The notes beneath the pieces are model-generated. The model saw only the letters and a list, made by a program, of their open reading frames with translations, searched no databases and was not told the origin of the DNA. 64,000 nucleotides of DNA from an uncultured Bacteroidales bacterium (GTDB lineage Bacteria > Bacteroidota > Bacteroidia > Bacteroidales > Paludibacteraceae). The position numbers and the translations under genes were made by a program. Below are positions 36,000-47,000 of this stretch, piece after piece; the stretch's first letter is position 1; each line of letters begins with the position of its first letter. The stretch covers positions 10,028 to 74,027 of the forward strand of contig CACZOA010000094.1 of the NCBI GenBank assembly GCA_902782665.1. The letters run 5' to 3'.

Positions 36000-37015
36000 T
36001 ATTGTTCTGTTTTAGTTTCGATAATAAACTCAACCTGTTCAGGATGCAAAGAAATGCCAAAAATTCCTTCGGCACTGTTGGCAACCTCCACGTTGACCTT
36101 ATTGCTTTTGTTGTTGATCTTGTTGTAGTCCACCACGAGAGTGAACGACGAAGGTGTGACTTTATCCCAATTGCTGACACCGACTTTGCATTTTACACCT
36201 ACATAAGCAGGGAATGTCTTCAGTGTCAGATTGGAAGGAACGTTCTTTTTGTTGATGCCGACCACTTCGATTATTTTCTCAGTGACCTGTTCTGCTTTAA
36301 TATCTACAACAACTTGAGACTCGTTGAAAGAGATATTGTCACTCTTTTTCAAAGGAACAATTTGAGTCGTGTTCTCAAAGATATCATTGAGCAGAGAGTC
36401 TGCAGGCAATGTCTCTAGGGAGTCGATATTGTCCAAAGTCTCTTTTGTTCCGTAGATATCAATTTTGTCTGGCGAGATTGAGACCTCGCCGATTTGGATA
36501 TATTGAGGACGAAGTCGGATCTTGCCTACGAGCTTGACGGGTACCGTCTTCTTCTCTATCTTGAATATCGACACTTTGATAGTGTCGGGAGAATAACTTT
36601 CAATTTTGGTGTTGACATTGAGTTGCTCTTTCAGTTTGGCTTCGAAACTTTTGGCTTGGATTAGGTTTTTACCCTCTTGTAGTTTTTCCCTGCCTATTTT
36701 GATTGTGTCGAAACCGTAGCCGAGGAAAGCGAATGCCATCTTAGCATGGTATTTGAACAATGTTTGCCATTGGTCTGTCACTGTCACTTCAAGGACAGGG
36801 CATAGTTGTTCACTTTTGCAGAAACCTTCAGGTATCTCTTGGTATTGTATTGGTATTTGGATAGTTGACTCACCTTTTTCAGATGAAGCCTGCATCAGCC
36901 ATAGGGTAGCGGATATTGCCAAAAAAAACAAAAAGACCCAAAGGTCTTTGCTCATCACAAATTCCCTGGCCTTTTTGATTTGTTTTTCTATGAAATTTAG
37001 AATTTCGTCTTTCAC
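35999..37015 (-). CDS. YbbR-like domain-containing membrane-anchored protein
   Basis: One N-terminal TM helix followed by repeated beta-rich ~80-aa modules. Shows the conserved yajC-ybbR-coaE synteny of Bacteroidetes. Confidence 0.6.
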   Translation of the reverse strand: MKDEILNFIEKQIKKAREFVMSKDLWVFLFFLAISATLWLMQASSEKGESTIQIPIQYQEIPEGFCKSEQLCPVLEVTVTDQWQTLFKYHAKMAFAFLGYGFDTIKIGREKLQEGKNLIQAKSFEAKLKEQLNVNTKIESYSPDTIKVSIFKIEKKTVPVKLVGKIRLRPQYIQIGEVSISPDKIDIYGTKETLDNIDSLETLPADSLLNDIFENTTQIVPLKKSDNISFNESQVVVDIKAEQVTEKIIEVVGINKKNVPSNLTLKTFPAYVGVKCKVGVSNWDKVTPSSFTLVVDYNKINNKSNKVNVEVANSAEGIFGISLHPEQVEFIIETKTEQ

Positions 37016-37041
37016 TACACTCTAAATGCTGAATAGATGAT

Positions 37042-37371
37042 TTACTTTGTGACGTCAGTTGAGACGTTTGTTGTCTGAGCTTCGTTTGTTGGATAAACGT
37101 AGTTGACATTTACGTTAACCACAACATTAGGAGCGATTTCGATACGGATAGTCACACCGTCAGCCTCGATACTTTTGATCTTGCCGTAGATGCCTGTCTG
37201 TAGGATCACAGTGTCGCCAGCCTTTAGGTTAGCGCGGTATTGACGGATTTTCTTCTCCTGCTTTTTCTGGCTCCAGATCATGTAGATGAAGAATGCACCG
37301 AAGATAAGAATCATTGGTAACATTGAGCCTAAACCTGGCTGAGCCTGTAGTAGAATTGATAATAGATTCAT
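37042..37371 (-). CDS. yajC: preprotein translocase subunit YajC
   Basis: 109 aa with a single TM helix, then QKKQEKKIRQYRANLKAGDTVILQTGIYGKI. Confidence 0.9.
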   Translation of the reverse strand: MNLLSILLQAQPGLGSMLPMILIFGAFFIYMIWSQKKQEKKIRQYRANLKAGDTVILQTGIYGKIKSIEADGVTIRIEIAPNVVVNVNVNYVYPTNEAQTTNVSTDVTK

Positions 37372-37387
37372 TTTTTTCTTTTTTTAG

Positions 37388-38353
37388 TTATCTTGTTTTT
37401 GGTGTGATCACCGCAACTTTTGTCAATTTGTTTTGTTCTTTAAGATCTTTCACGATAGCGTCAAGCACACCGTTGATGAAAGTTGAGCTTCTTGGAGTGC
37501 TGTAGTATTTAGAAAGTTCCACATACTCGTTCAAAGTGACGACGATTGGAATGTGAGGGAATGCGAAAAGTTCTGCGATCGCAGTCTGAAGGATGATTTT
37601 GTCCATGAAAGCGATACGGTCTTTGTCCCAATTCTTGATGTGTGTCATGATAAGTTCGTCGTACTCTGTCTGATTATAGATGACTTTTGTAAGTAGAGTA
37701 AGAGCGAATGTCTCATCAGTTGGGTCGCTGAACTTAGGCATCAACTCGTAGTCGTTAGGCGTAGTCTCTTCGTAACGGGCGATTGTCTTCATGATGAAAC
37801 TGATGACGGTTTCAGTGTCGTCGTTCCAATATATCGACATGCCTTCCAACTCTTCTGTCAGCATCTTGTTAGAAGTCACCACGCTTTTGTAGAAGCCACG
37901 TAGGAAACGGCGGTCGCAATCGTAGTCGTGCTCGCTTGCCTCGGCTGTCTCATAAGCCTGAGAAGTCAAAGCCTCTGCATATAGAGAGTTGATGATTTCA
38001 GGATGCTTGTTCCATGATAATTTGTGCTCCTCTAAGAATTTGTTCAGAGTCTCGTTTTCTGCAAGTTGTTGAGCGACTTTGTTTTCAGCCAAAAAGTCGG
38101 CAGGGATCTTCTCTCCGCTGTCAAAATTGGCGTCGCCAGCCATCTGGCATCTTTTTGCGATAGACTCTTTTCTTGTTTTTGCGTAATCAGACACTTCGAC
38201 AGCAAGTCTAAGCAATAGCATGTAAAGCTCGTATGTTTTGTCGAGTGAGATTGTCAATTCATTTTTAGCATCGTTGACATCTTTACTGTTGCTCTTGTAG
38301 TACGAAAAAAGTATCTGAATTACTTTGATTCGAAGAAGGATTCTGTTTATCAT
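37388..38353 (-). CDS. nusB: transcription antitermination factor NusB (long Bacteroidetes form)
   Basis: N-terminal INRILLRIKVIQILFSYY and C-terminal NEYVELSKYYSTPRSSTFINGVLDAI. Confidence 0.88.
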   Translation of the reverse strand: MINRILLRIKVIQILFSYYKSNSKDVNDAKNELTISLDKTYELYMLLLRLAVEVSDYAKTRKESIAKRCQMAGDANFDSGEKIPADFLAENKVAQQLAENETLNKFLEEHKLSWNKHPEIINSLYAEALTSQAYETAEASEHDYDCDRRFLRGFYKSVVTSNKMLTEELEGMSIYWNDDTETVISFIMKTIARYEETTPNDYELMPKFSDPTDETFALTLLTKVIYNQTEYDELIMTHIKNWDKDRIAFMDKIILQTAIAELFAFPHIPIVVTLNEYVELSKYYSTPRSSTFINGVLDAIVKDLKEQNKLTKVAVITPKTR

Positions 38354-38375
38354 CGTTATTTTCTTTTTAGCCTCG

Positions 38376-38383
38376 CAAAATTA
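38376..38383 (-). promoter_or_regulatory. -7 box TAATTTTG (minus strand) upstream of nusB
   Basis: The plus strand reads caaaatta, 23 nt upstream of the ATG. Confidence 0.5.
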
Positions 38384-38520
38384 GTAGAAAAAATGCAAAG
38401 CTTGAAATTTTTTAGTGCAAAAACACGATTTGTGGAGAATTCTCTGGTATTATTCGTTTCTCTGATTCAATGATTTGGATGGAACGTATCCAAGGCCTTT
38501 ACGAAATGTATTTTAAAAAG

Positions 38521-38546
38521 TAGAGACGCACATCCGTGCGTCTCTA
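38521..38546 (-). terminator. porV terminator; AGAGACGCA..TGCGTCTCT hairpin family
   Basis: tagagacgcac-atcc-gtgcgtctcta, followed on the minus strand by ctttttaaaa. Confidence 0.65.
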
Positions 38547-38581
38547 TAAATCAATATTTCTTCTTTACAAAATACGATATG

Positions 38582-39790
38582 TTATTCTGCTGTAGTATTA
38601 TCTACCAATTTCTTCATTCCGTCGAAATTGAATCCTAGAGAGAATCGCAATGTTCTGTCAAGAGGACAAGTACTGCTTGAACGAGATGCTATCAAATAAG
38701 CAGCACTAAGTTCAAACACTTTCATCTTGAATCCGACTCCGGCTGCAAAATACTTTCTGTTTCCTTTTGTCTCATTCTCGTGGAAATATCCGAAGCGAGC
38801 CATGAACATGTCTCTGTATGAGTATTCTGCTCCCAAACTCCATGTTACTTCCTTCATTTCCTCGCCAAAACCACCTGAATCACCGAAAGATTTGAAGATT
38901 CCTGAGATTGCACCATGGTCACGGTATTTTTGCAATGCATCCTCATATTCCTCTCTGGTTTCGTAGTCATCTTCAAGAGGAGTTGTTGGAACAAGAAGCT
39001 TGTTCAAGTCGAATGACACAGCGAACTTGTTGTATGCGTCAACAGGGAATTCGTAATTGACTCCTAATCTCCAGTTGGTAGGAAGATACTGATATGTCGC
39101 TCCGTCATCATATGTAGGCTTAGCACCGATGTTTGAGATGTTAGTACCGAAATTCAACTTTGCGACTCTCTTGTCTGACAAGTCAAATGGGCGGCTATAG
39201 AATGCAGAAACGTCGGCTGCAACTGTTTTAGCTGCAGAGTATGCCTCTTCGTCAACAACTCCGTTCATCAAATCAGAAAGAATGAATCTTAGTGCTACGG
39301 ATGCGTTCCAATACTGGCTCAATGCACGTGAGTAAGCGACGTCGATAGCCATCTCGTATGGTTTTGCTGTTCCCTGTGAAATGACCTCTCCTGAAGGGCC
39401 AGGCATATCAGACAAGTTGATTTCTCCATATGAGAAGTATCTCAATGAAGCCGACAACGCTTGTTTTTCATCTAGTTTATAGTAGCCAACAAGGTATCCA
39501 AGGTTGATGTCATTTACAATGCTTCTTAGCCAAGGAGTGAAAGAGATCGCTACACCTCCTTTGTTTTCCATTGTGGCATATTTCGATGGATTCCAATGTT
39601 GAGAATATAGGTCGGCGGAGGTTGCTGCACCAACATCTCCCATACCACCACCTCTTGCATCAGGGGCAATACTCAATGAAGGTATTGCAGTCTGTAAAGG
39701 GTTGAAGTAATCGCTTTTCTTTTCTGCGCTTACACTCAATACGGATAGCATTATAGCTGTCCCTGCCAAACTCGCTTTTATTCTTTTCAT
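38582..39790 (-). CDS. porV: T9SS outer-membrane shuttle protein PorV (LptO)
   Basis: 402 aa with a signal peptide, SLSIAPDARGGGMGDVGAATSAD, and a beta-barrel pattern. Lies immediately downstream of porU, as in other Bacteroidetes. Confidence 0.92.
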   Translation of the reverse strand: MKRIKASLAGTAIMLSVLSVSAEKKSDYFNPLQTAIPSLSIAPDARGGGMGDVGAATSADLYSQHWNPSKYATMENKGGVAISFTPWLRSIVNDINLGYLVGYYKLDEKQALSASLRYFSYGEINLSDMPGPSGEVISQGTAKPYEMAIDVAYSRALSQYWNASVALRFILSDLMNGVVDEEAYSAAKTVAADVSAFYSRPFDLSDKRVAKLNFGTNISNIGAKPTYDDGATYQYLPTNWRLGVNYEFPVDAYNKFAVSFDLNKLLVPTTPLEDDYETREEYEDALQKYRDHGAISGIFKSFGDSGGFGEEMKEVTWSLGAEYSYRDMFMARFGYFHENETKGNRKYFAAGVGFKMKVFELSAAYLIASRSSSTCPLDRTLRFSLGFNFDGMKKLVDNTTAE

Positions 39791-39842
39791 CTATCTATTC
39801 TATTTTTTATCTTTCTACTTATTTAACGTGCAATATTACTAT

Positions 39843-42800
39843 TTATTGTGCAATAACCATGATTTTTTCAGTTTTTTCTGCAAAATCTGATTTTTCAGTA
39901 GCTATGCGAATATACAGTAAGTATAGTCCTGAGGCAATTTTGCCGTTCTCATTCAAGTCCCACTCGATGTTCCATGTTCCGTCTGTCGGCTTGTCTTTAA
40001 ACTCTTTTCTTAGAATCTCTCTGCCAGACACCTCGGTCAATGAACATTCTACAGTCTGAACTTCATCAGGTCTGTTTGTCTTTATGTAAGCTGTAAATTT
40101 GTCCTTGGCTGGGTTAGGGTAGACTGTTAGTGTCTCTATCTCTGGCGCCAAGCTTTCGTTTACATAAATTCGGATAGTTGATTCGGATGAGTTGCTTTGC
40201 AAATCCCATGCTTTGATCTTGATTGTGTGCCAGCCTTCACTCAATGCCTCTTCTATGTGGTATTCAACTCTTCCTTCTGTACAACTTGCTGTATTATATT
40301 TGAAATATGAATTTAAAGAGATGACGTTCTTTGTGTTGTCGTCGATTGTCAATGTGATGTTATGACCGATACTGCTGCCTGTCGCATTTATACCGCTTGC
40401 ATCCGACAAATCCACATAAATCATAGGGTTAGGATTCACTTTGTATCCATCCTTGTAATTGTCTCCGTTTGTTGTCACGACAAGATTTGGTCCGACGCTG
40501 TCTGGTGTCACATCTGGTGCACTGCCTCCGATGTACAAGGTTTCGTCTGCTCCCATAGCATCCCAACCATTTGACTCGTCGTATGCATACATAGACAATC
40601 TGCCGAAATCGATATTATAGTTGATGTCTTTAGGTATGATCATCTGTAGTTCAAATTCTCCATTAGTTACGATAGAAGAACCTGTATACAATGTGCTCTG
40701 TCTGTCGTAATAAGTGTAAGGGTCGATGCCGTTTTTATTTCCTTTCGTGAACGCTTTTACCTCTTTGTCTTTTAGTGTGGCGTTTACTATTCCGTTGAAT
40801 TGTTTCAACGTGTTGCCTGACTCGTCTTCTACGTGACAATAAATCTTAACTTTGGATAGCGCTTTCAGAGTGTCTGTTTTTGAGACACTTCCGTCTGAAT
40901 TCAAAGTTACAATTGAGTCGACCGCTATATTCAATTCAGGAACTTTTAATTTTAGACCTGGATCTCCCAACAAAATATAAACCATTTTGTTCGAGTCCTG
41001 ACCTCTTGCTGTTTTTGCCGCTCTGTATATTTTACCTAAGCGGTACTCGTTCTCTGGATTAAAAGCTTGTTTTAAGAAATCCTTGTCTAACGATAGGTTT
41101 GGTGATGCGTAGGCTGTGCGTACGGCTCCAATAGAAGCAATCGCTCCTCCGTTTGGATTAAGCATGATTTCCTCTCCGTAACTTGTTCTGAAATCATCAT
41201 ACTGAGACAGATTACAGCTTCCTGCAAACCACACAGGATATATTTTGTTGTATATCGTCTGTACTTGTGATATTGAGTAAGAATGCTCAGCACTTATGGC
41301 GTTATACGAACTGTGTCCTAAGTAGTTGAAAATCAAAGAGCCTTCTGTGAATTTCTTTGTTATGGCTGCAGTCACTTCTGGGTATCTGCGTGATCCTCCA
41401 CTCATGTCACAAGTGAAGTTGTCCCAATAGAAACGAGTTATATTCATTCTTGGTTCAACTGTTTCTATCGTTGATATTGCCTCCTCTTGATGTGATAAAA
41501 AAGAGTGGTATCCTGAAGATGAGCTTTGTTCTTCATTGTCATCTGCCAAAGCAAGAACTTTTGTTCTCCATTCGCCTGGCTCCAATGCATAGTATTGTTT
41601 TACTTTGTTGACAAGATTTTCTGCTTGCTCTGCTTTTATGACAGGGAATCTTCCTACTCCAATGTTTATTCGTTTATTGGTGTATAGGTTGTTGTAACCT
41701 ATAGATCCGTCTTCAACATAGCCGAAATAGTCGTCGCAAGAGTAGCTGGATGTTTCGTTCAATGATTTCACGGATTGGTATGTCAACATTTTGTTGTTGT
41801 CATTCTTCTTTAGCTTTCCTCTGTTGTCGTATGTTCCATCTCCCATCAACAGCAGATATTGAGGATAAATTCCATATTCAGATTCCGACGCTTTGTCCCA
41901 TAGCATTTTCATGAACGCTCTGATGGCTGTAGGATCTGGAGTTCCGCTCGAGAATTCATTGAACACTTGCTCTGCAGTGACAACCGCTACATTCATTCCA
42001 TCCTCTTTTTGATGGAACTCTGCTAATTCTTTGGCTTGGTCGATGAATTCAGGGTTGGTCACTACTACGTATTCAATATTGTTAAATGCGTGCAGATTCT
42101 GGTTGTCTACATTTCCGACAACTTCTGGAGTAGGGAATCCTCCTCCCCAGTTGACCAAGATGTACCTTCCGACTGTAGGTCTTGTTTTGACTGTGAATAT
42201 CAAACTGTCTTTGCTTAGTCTTGTTGGCACTCTTTTGACATCACCGATCTCTGATACGTCCCAAACCTGGATGTTAGAATTTGAATTCAATGCGGCGTAT
42301 GTGATGTTGTATTCTGTCGACGATGGAGTGACTGGTATCATCTGGTAGCTTACATTGCCTTTCAGATTGCATTTTGCTGCAGCGATTATATAGTCAATGT
42401 ATCCGGCTCCGGTAGTTGATCCTGTAGTGTAGTCGTATGTGGCCGATATGGAATTGGATGATGTCTGTGTGACGTCTGCTTCCATTATCTTCTCGTATCC
42501 AAGATCATATTTGGCAGCTTTGTCGAATGAAACTGATTTGTCTGTTAAATCGGTCTTCAGATTGAATTCTCCTATAGTTGACGATGCTGACAGCACATTG
42601 CTGTAGATTCTTCCAGTTTCTCCCGCTATAAGATTGGTGAATGAGAAAGAGAATGTCTTGCTGTCGCCATTGCTGAATTTGTTGCCATACCAGTTTCTGC
42701 CGGTTTTGGCTATGTTGATGTCATCAAATTTTTGCCATTTGATGGCTGTATATGTAGTCTCTTTTATCTCTTCTTCTGTCAATTCCTCAGCGAACTCAAT

Positions 42801-43253
42801 TCTCTTAGCTTCAGAACTTTCCTCATGTAGGAAATAGTAGGAATAGTCAGATGAGTAGTTTTCTGTTATACCAATATAATTGGTCGCGGATGCGTTTATC
42901 TTTGTCAACCCCACAACACCTCTCAAGTAGAATGCGATTTTGTCTCCTAAATCAACCACTGGCTGGTCTGCCAAATCATCTACATATTTGTTGCTTTCTG
43001 TGAAGTCTTCGTTCAACAACTCTCCTCCATATCCGCGTAGGTGTACATTCTTAGGGTTGGAAAAACCCATCTCTCGCAATTCATCGTAAGTGAATGAGTA
43101 GAGTCCTTCCTCCTGTACACGAATTTTTACAGTTCGTCCGCTTGACAAAACTGATTTATTAGTATATGAACGCATGTTTTGTGCATTGACTCCACATATT
43201 GAAGCCAATGTCATTGCAAACGTGCATGTCAATACATTTCTAAATAACTTCAT
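39843..43253 (-). CDS. porU: T9SS C-terminal signal peptidase/sortase PorU (C25 family), copy 1
   Basis: 1136 aa. Gingipain-like catalytic region with NYLGHSSYNAIS and WFAGSCNLSQYDD (His/Cys dyad context). C-terminal CTD-like LTVYPNPAKDKF...GLYLLYIRIA. Confidence 0.93.
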   Translation of the reverse strand: MKLFRNVLTCTFAMTLASICGVNAQNMRSYTNKSVLSSGRTVKIRVQEEGLYSFTYDELREMGFSNPKNVHLRGYGGELLNEDFTESNKYVDDLADQPVVDLGDKIAFYLRGVVGLTKINASATNYIGITENYSSDYSYYFLHEESSEAKRIEFAEELTEEEIKETTYTAIKWQKFDDINIAKTGRNWYGNKFSNGDSKTFSFSFTNLIAGETGRIYSNVLSASSTIGEFNLKTDLTDKSVSFDKAAKYDLGYEKIMEADVTQTSSNSISATYDYTTGSTTGAGYIDYIIAAAKCNLKGNVSYQMIPVTPSSTEYNITYAALNSNSNIQVWDVSEIGDVKRVPTRLSKDSLIFTVKTRPTVGRYILVNWGGGFPTPEVVGNVDNQNLHAFNNIEYVVVTNPEFIDQAKELAEFHQKEDGMNVAVVTAEQVFNEFSSGTPDPTAIRAFMKMLWDKASESEYGIYPQYLLLMGDGTYDNRGKLKKNDNNKMLTYQSVKSLNETSSYSCDDYFGYVEDGSIGYNNLYTNKRINIGVGRFPVIKAEQAENLVNKVKQYYALEPGEWRTKVLALADDNEEQSSSSGYHSFLSHQEEAISTIETVEPRMNITRFYWDNFTCDMSGGSRRYPEVTAAITKKFTEGSLIFNYLGHSSYNAISAEHSYSISQVQTIYNKIYPVWFAGSCNLSQYDDFRTSYGEEIMLNPNGGAIASIGAVRTAYASPNLSLDKDFLKQAFNPENEYRLGKIYRAAKTARGQDSNKMVYILLGDPGLKLKVPELNIAVDSIVTLNSDGSVSKTDTLKALSKVKIYCHVEDESGNTLKQFNGIVNATLKDKEVKAFTKGNKNGIDPYTYYDRQSTLYTGSSIVTNGEFELQMIIPKDINYNIDFGRLSMYAYDESNGWDAMGADETLYIGGSAPDVTPDSVGPNLVVTTNGDNYKDGYKVNPNPMIYVDLSDASGINATGSSIGHNITLTIDDNTKNVISLNSYFKYNTASCTEGRVEYHIEEALSEGWHTIKIKAWDLQSNSSESTIRIYVNESLAPEIETLTVYPNPAKDKFTAYIKTNRPDEVQTVECSLTEVSGREILRKEFKDKPTDGTWNIEWDLNENGKIASGLYLLYIRIATEKSDFAEKTEKIMVIAQ

Positions 43254-43268
43254 AACTAAACTAAATTG

Positions 43269-43880
43269 TTATTTGACACTGAAACTAAGTAATTCCTGAC
43301 CTTCTATGAATCCTTTGATTTCATCTCCAATCTCTACTTTGCCTACACCGCTTGGTGTGCCTGTGAATATCAGGTCTCCCGTCTTCAATGTGAAATATTT
43401 ACTTGCTAACGACACAATCTCCGCTATCGAAGTGATCATTTCACCGCTGTTGCCTGATTGGACTGTTTGGCCATTTTTACTTAGGCTAAAGTTGATGTTC
43501 TGCAGGTCGGTAAATTTGCTTTTGTCCACAAATTCTCCAACAGGAGCGGAGTTGTCAAAACCTTTGCTGATATCCCATGGCGCGCCTGCTTTTTTGGCAG
43601 CAGCCTGAAGGTCTCGAGCTGTAAAGTCTACTCCGATTGTGATGGCATCGATATATCTGTCTGCAAATTTTGCCGCGATATTCTTGCCCATCTTTCCTAT
43701 CCTCACCACAAGCTCAGCCTCATGCTCTATCTGTTGTGAAAAATCTGGCAGATAGAATGGCTTGTTTTCTCGAAGAAGAGATGTCTCTGGCTTTAGAAAA
43801 AGCACTGGTTCTTTCTTTTCCTCTTTATATAGTTCTGCATTGTGGGAACCATAGTTCCAACCTACACAAATTATCTTCAT
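43269..43880 (-). CDS. fumarylacetoacetate hydrolase (FAH)-family protein
   Basis: 203 aa. MKIICVGWNYGSHNAEL...EAELVVRIGK...TGTPSGVG. Confidence 0.9.
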   Translation of the reverse strand: MKIICVGWNYGSHNAELYKEEKKEPVLFLKPETSLLRENKPFYLPDFSQQIEHEAELVVRIGKMGKNIAAKFADRYIDAITIGVDFTARDLQAAAKKAGAPWDISKGFDNSAPVGEFVDKSKFTDLQNINFSLSKNGQTVQSGNSGEMITSIAEIVSLASKYFTLKTGDLIFTGTPSGVGKVEIGDEIKGFIEGQELLSFSVK

Positions 43881-43904
43881 ATGATGTTAAAAATACCAAT
43901 TTCG

Positions 43905-43912
43905 CAAATTTA
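43905..43912 (-). promoter_or_regulatory. -7 box TAAATTTG (minus strand) upstream of the FAH-family gene
   Basis: The plus strand reads caaattta, 25 nt upstream of the ATG. Confidence 0.45.
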
Positions 43913-44036
43913 AGATTTTATTTTTCTTTTTTTATGTTTTAGCTCAAAATGTTTTTAACATATTACAAATACATGCGAAATTTTAATGTATAGGTTGGTT
44001 TGAAAAAACATGGATTCTTATCTTTATAAGTGCATC

Positions 44037-47000
44037 TTATTGATCGACGACGATGATCTTTTCGGTTTTTTCTGCAAAATCTGATTTTTCAGTGGCTATG
44101 CGAACGTACAATAGGTATAGTCCATTGGAAATTCTTCCGCTATCGTTCAGATTCCACTCGATTTTCCATGTCCCGTCTGTTGTCTTGTCTTTCAAATCTT
44201 TTCTTGAAATCTGTCGTCCTGATAAATCCAGCAGTGTGCACTCCATGGTTTGTACCTCATCTGGTCTGTTTGTCTTTATGTAGGCTGTGAATTTGTCTTT
44301 GACAGGGTTCGGATATACTGTCAATGTCTCTATATCTGGAGCGATATTTTCACATACATAGATTTTGATTGTGGACTCTGATGAGTTGTTTTGCAAATCC
44401 CATGCTTTGACCTTGATGGTGTGCCAACCTTCACTCAATGCCTCTTCTGTATGGTATTCCACTCTTCCTTCTGTGCAGCTTGAAGTATTGTATGAGAAGT
44501 AAGAGTTCAAATTGATGACATTTTTTGTATTCTCATCAATTGTCAATGTGATGTTATGACCGATACTGCTTCCTGTGACGTTTATTCCACTCGCGTCGGC
44601 CAAATCCACATAAATCATAGGGTTCGGATTGACTTTGTAGCCATCTTTGTAATTTCCACCATTGGTTGTCACGTTGATGTACGGACCAACGTCGTCTGGC
44701 TCGATATCTGACGCACTGCCTCCTATAAGGATGTCTTCGTTTGCTCCCATCGCATCCCAACCATTCTCTTCGTCGTAGGCATACATGGAGAGTCTTCCAT
44801 AGTCAACTTTATAGTTGATGTCTTTGGGGATAATCATCTGAAAATCAAATTTTCCGTTGGATATGACGGATGAACCTGAATATAGGGTGTTCGTATATTC
44901 ATAATAATTGAATGGATCAGCTCTTTCAAACACTTTTTTATTGTCGACTTCTCTAGTGAAAACTTTGTTGGCTTTTGTGGCTATTTTCGTTTTTTTGTCT
45001 TTGAGAGTTGCTCTGGCAACCCCATTATATTGGCTCAGCACATTGCCGGTCTCGTCCTCAACGTGACAATAAACCTTCACTTTGGATAGCGCTTTCAACG
45101 TGTCTGCTTTGACGACGGATCCATCTCTATTCAAAGTAACTATGGAATCAACCACTAAATTTAGCTCAGGAATTTTTAATCTTATGCCTGGGTCTCCCAA
45201 TAGTACATAATATGATTTGTCGCTGTATGACCCTAGTTGTGTCTTGGCTTCTCTGTAAATCTTACCTAAACGGTAATCATTATCTGAATTGAATGTTTGT
45301 CTCAAAAATGCCTTGTCAATCGACAGATTGGCAGTTATGTAGGCTGTGCGTACAGCACCGATGGATGCTATCGCTCCTCCATGTGAGTTTAATATTATCT
45401 CTTCTCCGAAACTTGGTCTTAAATCGTCAAATTGAGAAAGATTACAACTTCCGGCAAACCATAATGGATATATTTTGTTGTATATGCTTTTTGCTTGTGT
45501 GATTGAATAGGCATGTTCCGCACTGATTGCATTGTAAGAACTGTGTCCGAGATAGTTGAAAATCAGTGTTCCTTCTGAAAATTTCTTTGTTATTTCGGCT
45601 GTCACTTCAGGATATCTGTTTGATCCTCCGCTCACGTCACAAGTATATTTATCCCAGTATATACGGGAAACGTTCATCCTTGGTTCAGCTGATTCTATTG
45701 TTGAAATGGCTTCCTCTTGTTGATATAGGAATGCATGATATGATGACGATGTTGTCTCTGTTTTTTCATTGTCATCTCCCAGGGCAACAATCTTTGTCCT
45801 CCAATTTCCAGGTTCTGATGCGTAATATTGCTTTACCTTGTCGACAAGTGCCTCTGCTTGCTTGGCTGTCGTGACAGGGAATCGTCCTACTCCAATATTT
45901 AGCCGTTTGTTCATATGTATGTAGTCGTAGCCTGAAGTGTTGTCTTCAACATAGCCGAAATAATCGTCGGATGTATAGCTGGTTGATTCACTTAGCGATT
46001 TGACGGATTGGTATGTCAGCATTTTGTTGTTCTCGTTTGTCTTAATTTTTCCCCTGTTGTCGAAAGTTCCGTCTCCAATCAATAATAGATATTGTGGGAA
46101 AATTCCGTAATCCGACACTGATGCTTTGTCCCATAGCATCTTCATGAATGCTCTGATGGCTGTTGGGTCTGGTGTTCCGCTCGAGAATTCATTGAACACT
46201 TGGTCTGCAGTGACAACAACGGTGCTCATTCCGTCTTCTTTCTGATGAAAATCTGCGATCTCTTTGGCTTGGTCGATAAATTCCGGATTGGTAACTACCA
46301 CGTATTCGATATCTTTTAGCGCATGAATATTCTGGTTGTCTACATTTCCGACTACTTCTGGAGTCGGAAATCCTCCATTGGGGTTGAACATGATATATCT
46401 GCCGACGGTTGGTCTCGTTTGGACTGTGAATATCAGGCTGTCTTTGCTCAATCTTGTCGGCACTCTTCTGACATCGCCGATTTCTGACACATCCCAAACT
46501 TGAATGGTGGAATTGGAATTCAAAGCTGCGTATGTGATGTTTGTCTTTTTGGAAGATGGCCCGATTGGGATCATTTGGTAGTCGACGTTGCTTCTCAAAT
46601 TGCAGTTGGCGGCGGCGATTATATAATCGATGTATCCTGCTCCTGTAATTGATTCTGTTGAGTATTTGTATGTGGCGGATATTGTATTGTCTTCCGACTG
46701 TGTGACATCAACCACGATTGTCTTCTCAAATCCAAGTATGTACTCGTCTTCATTTTCAGCTTTTATTTTCCTTTTGTCAAAATCCTCCGATTTGTTTGTT
46801 GTGTTTGTCAAGATGCTGAATTCACTTATGGACGTCGATGAAGTCATTATATTGCTATATATATAACCTGTGGCTCCGGCAATGATGTTGTCGAATTGGA
46901 ACGTGAATTTTTTGCTGTCGCCATCGTTGAACTTGCTTCCATACCAGTTTCTGCCGGTCTTGGCGATGTTTATGTCGTCGAATTTCTGCCATTTGATGGC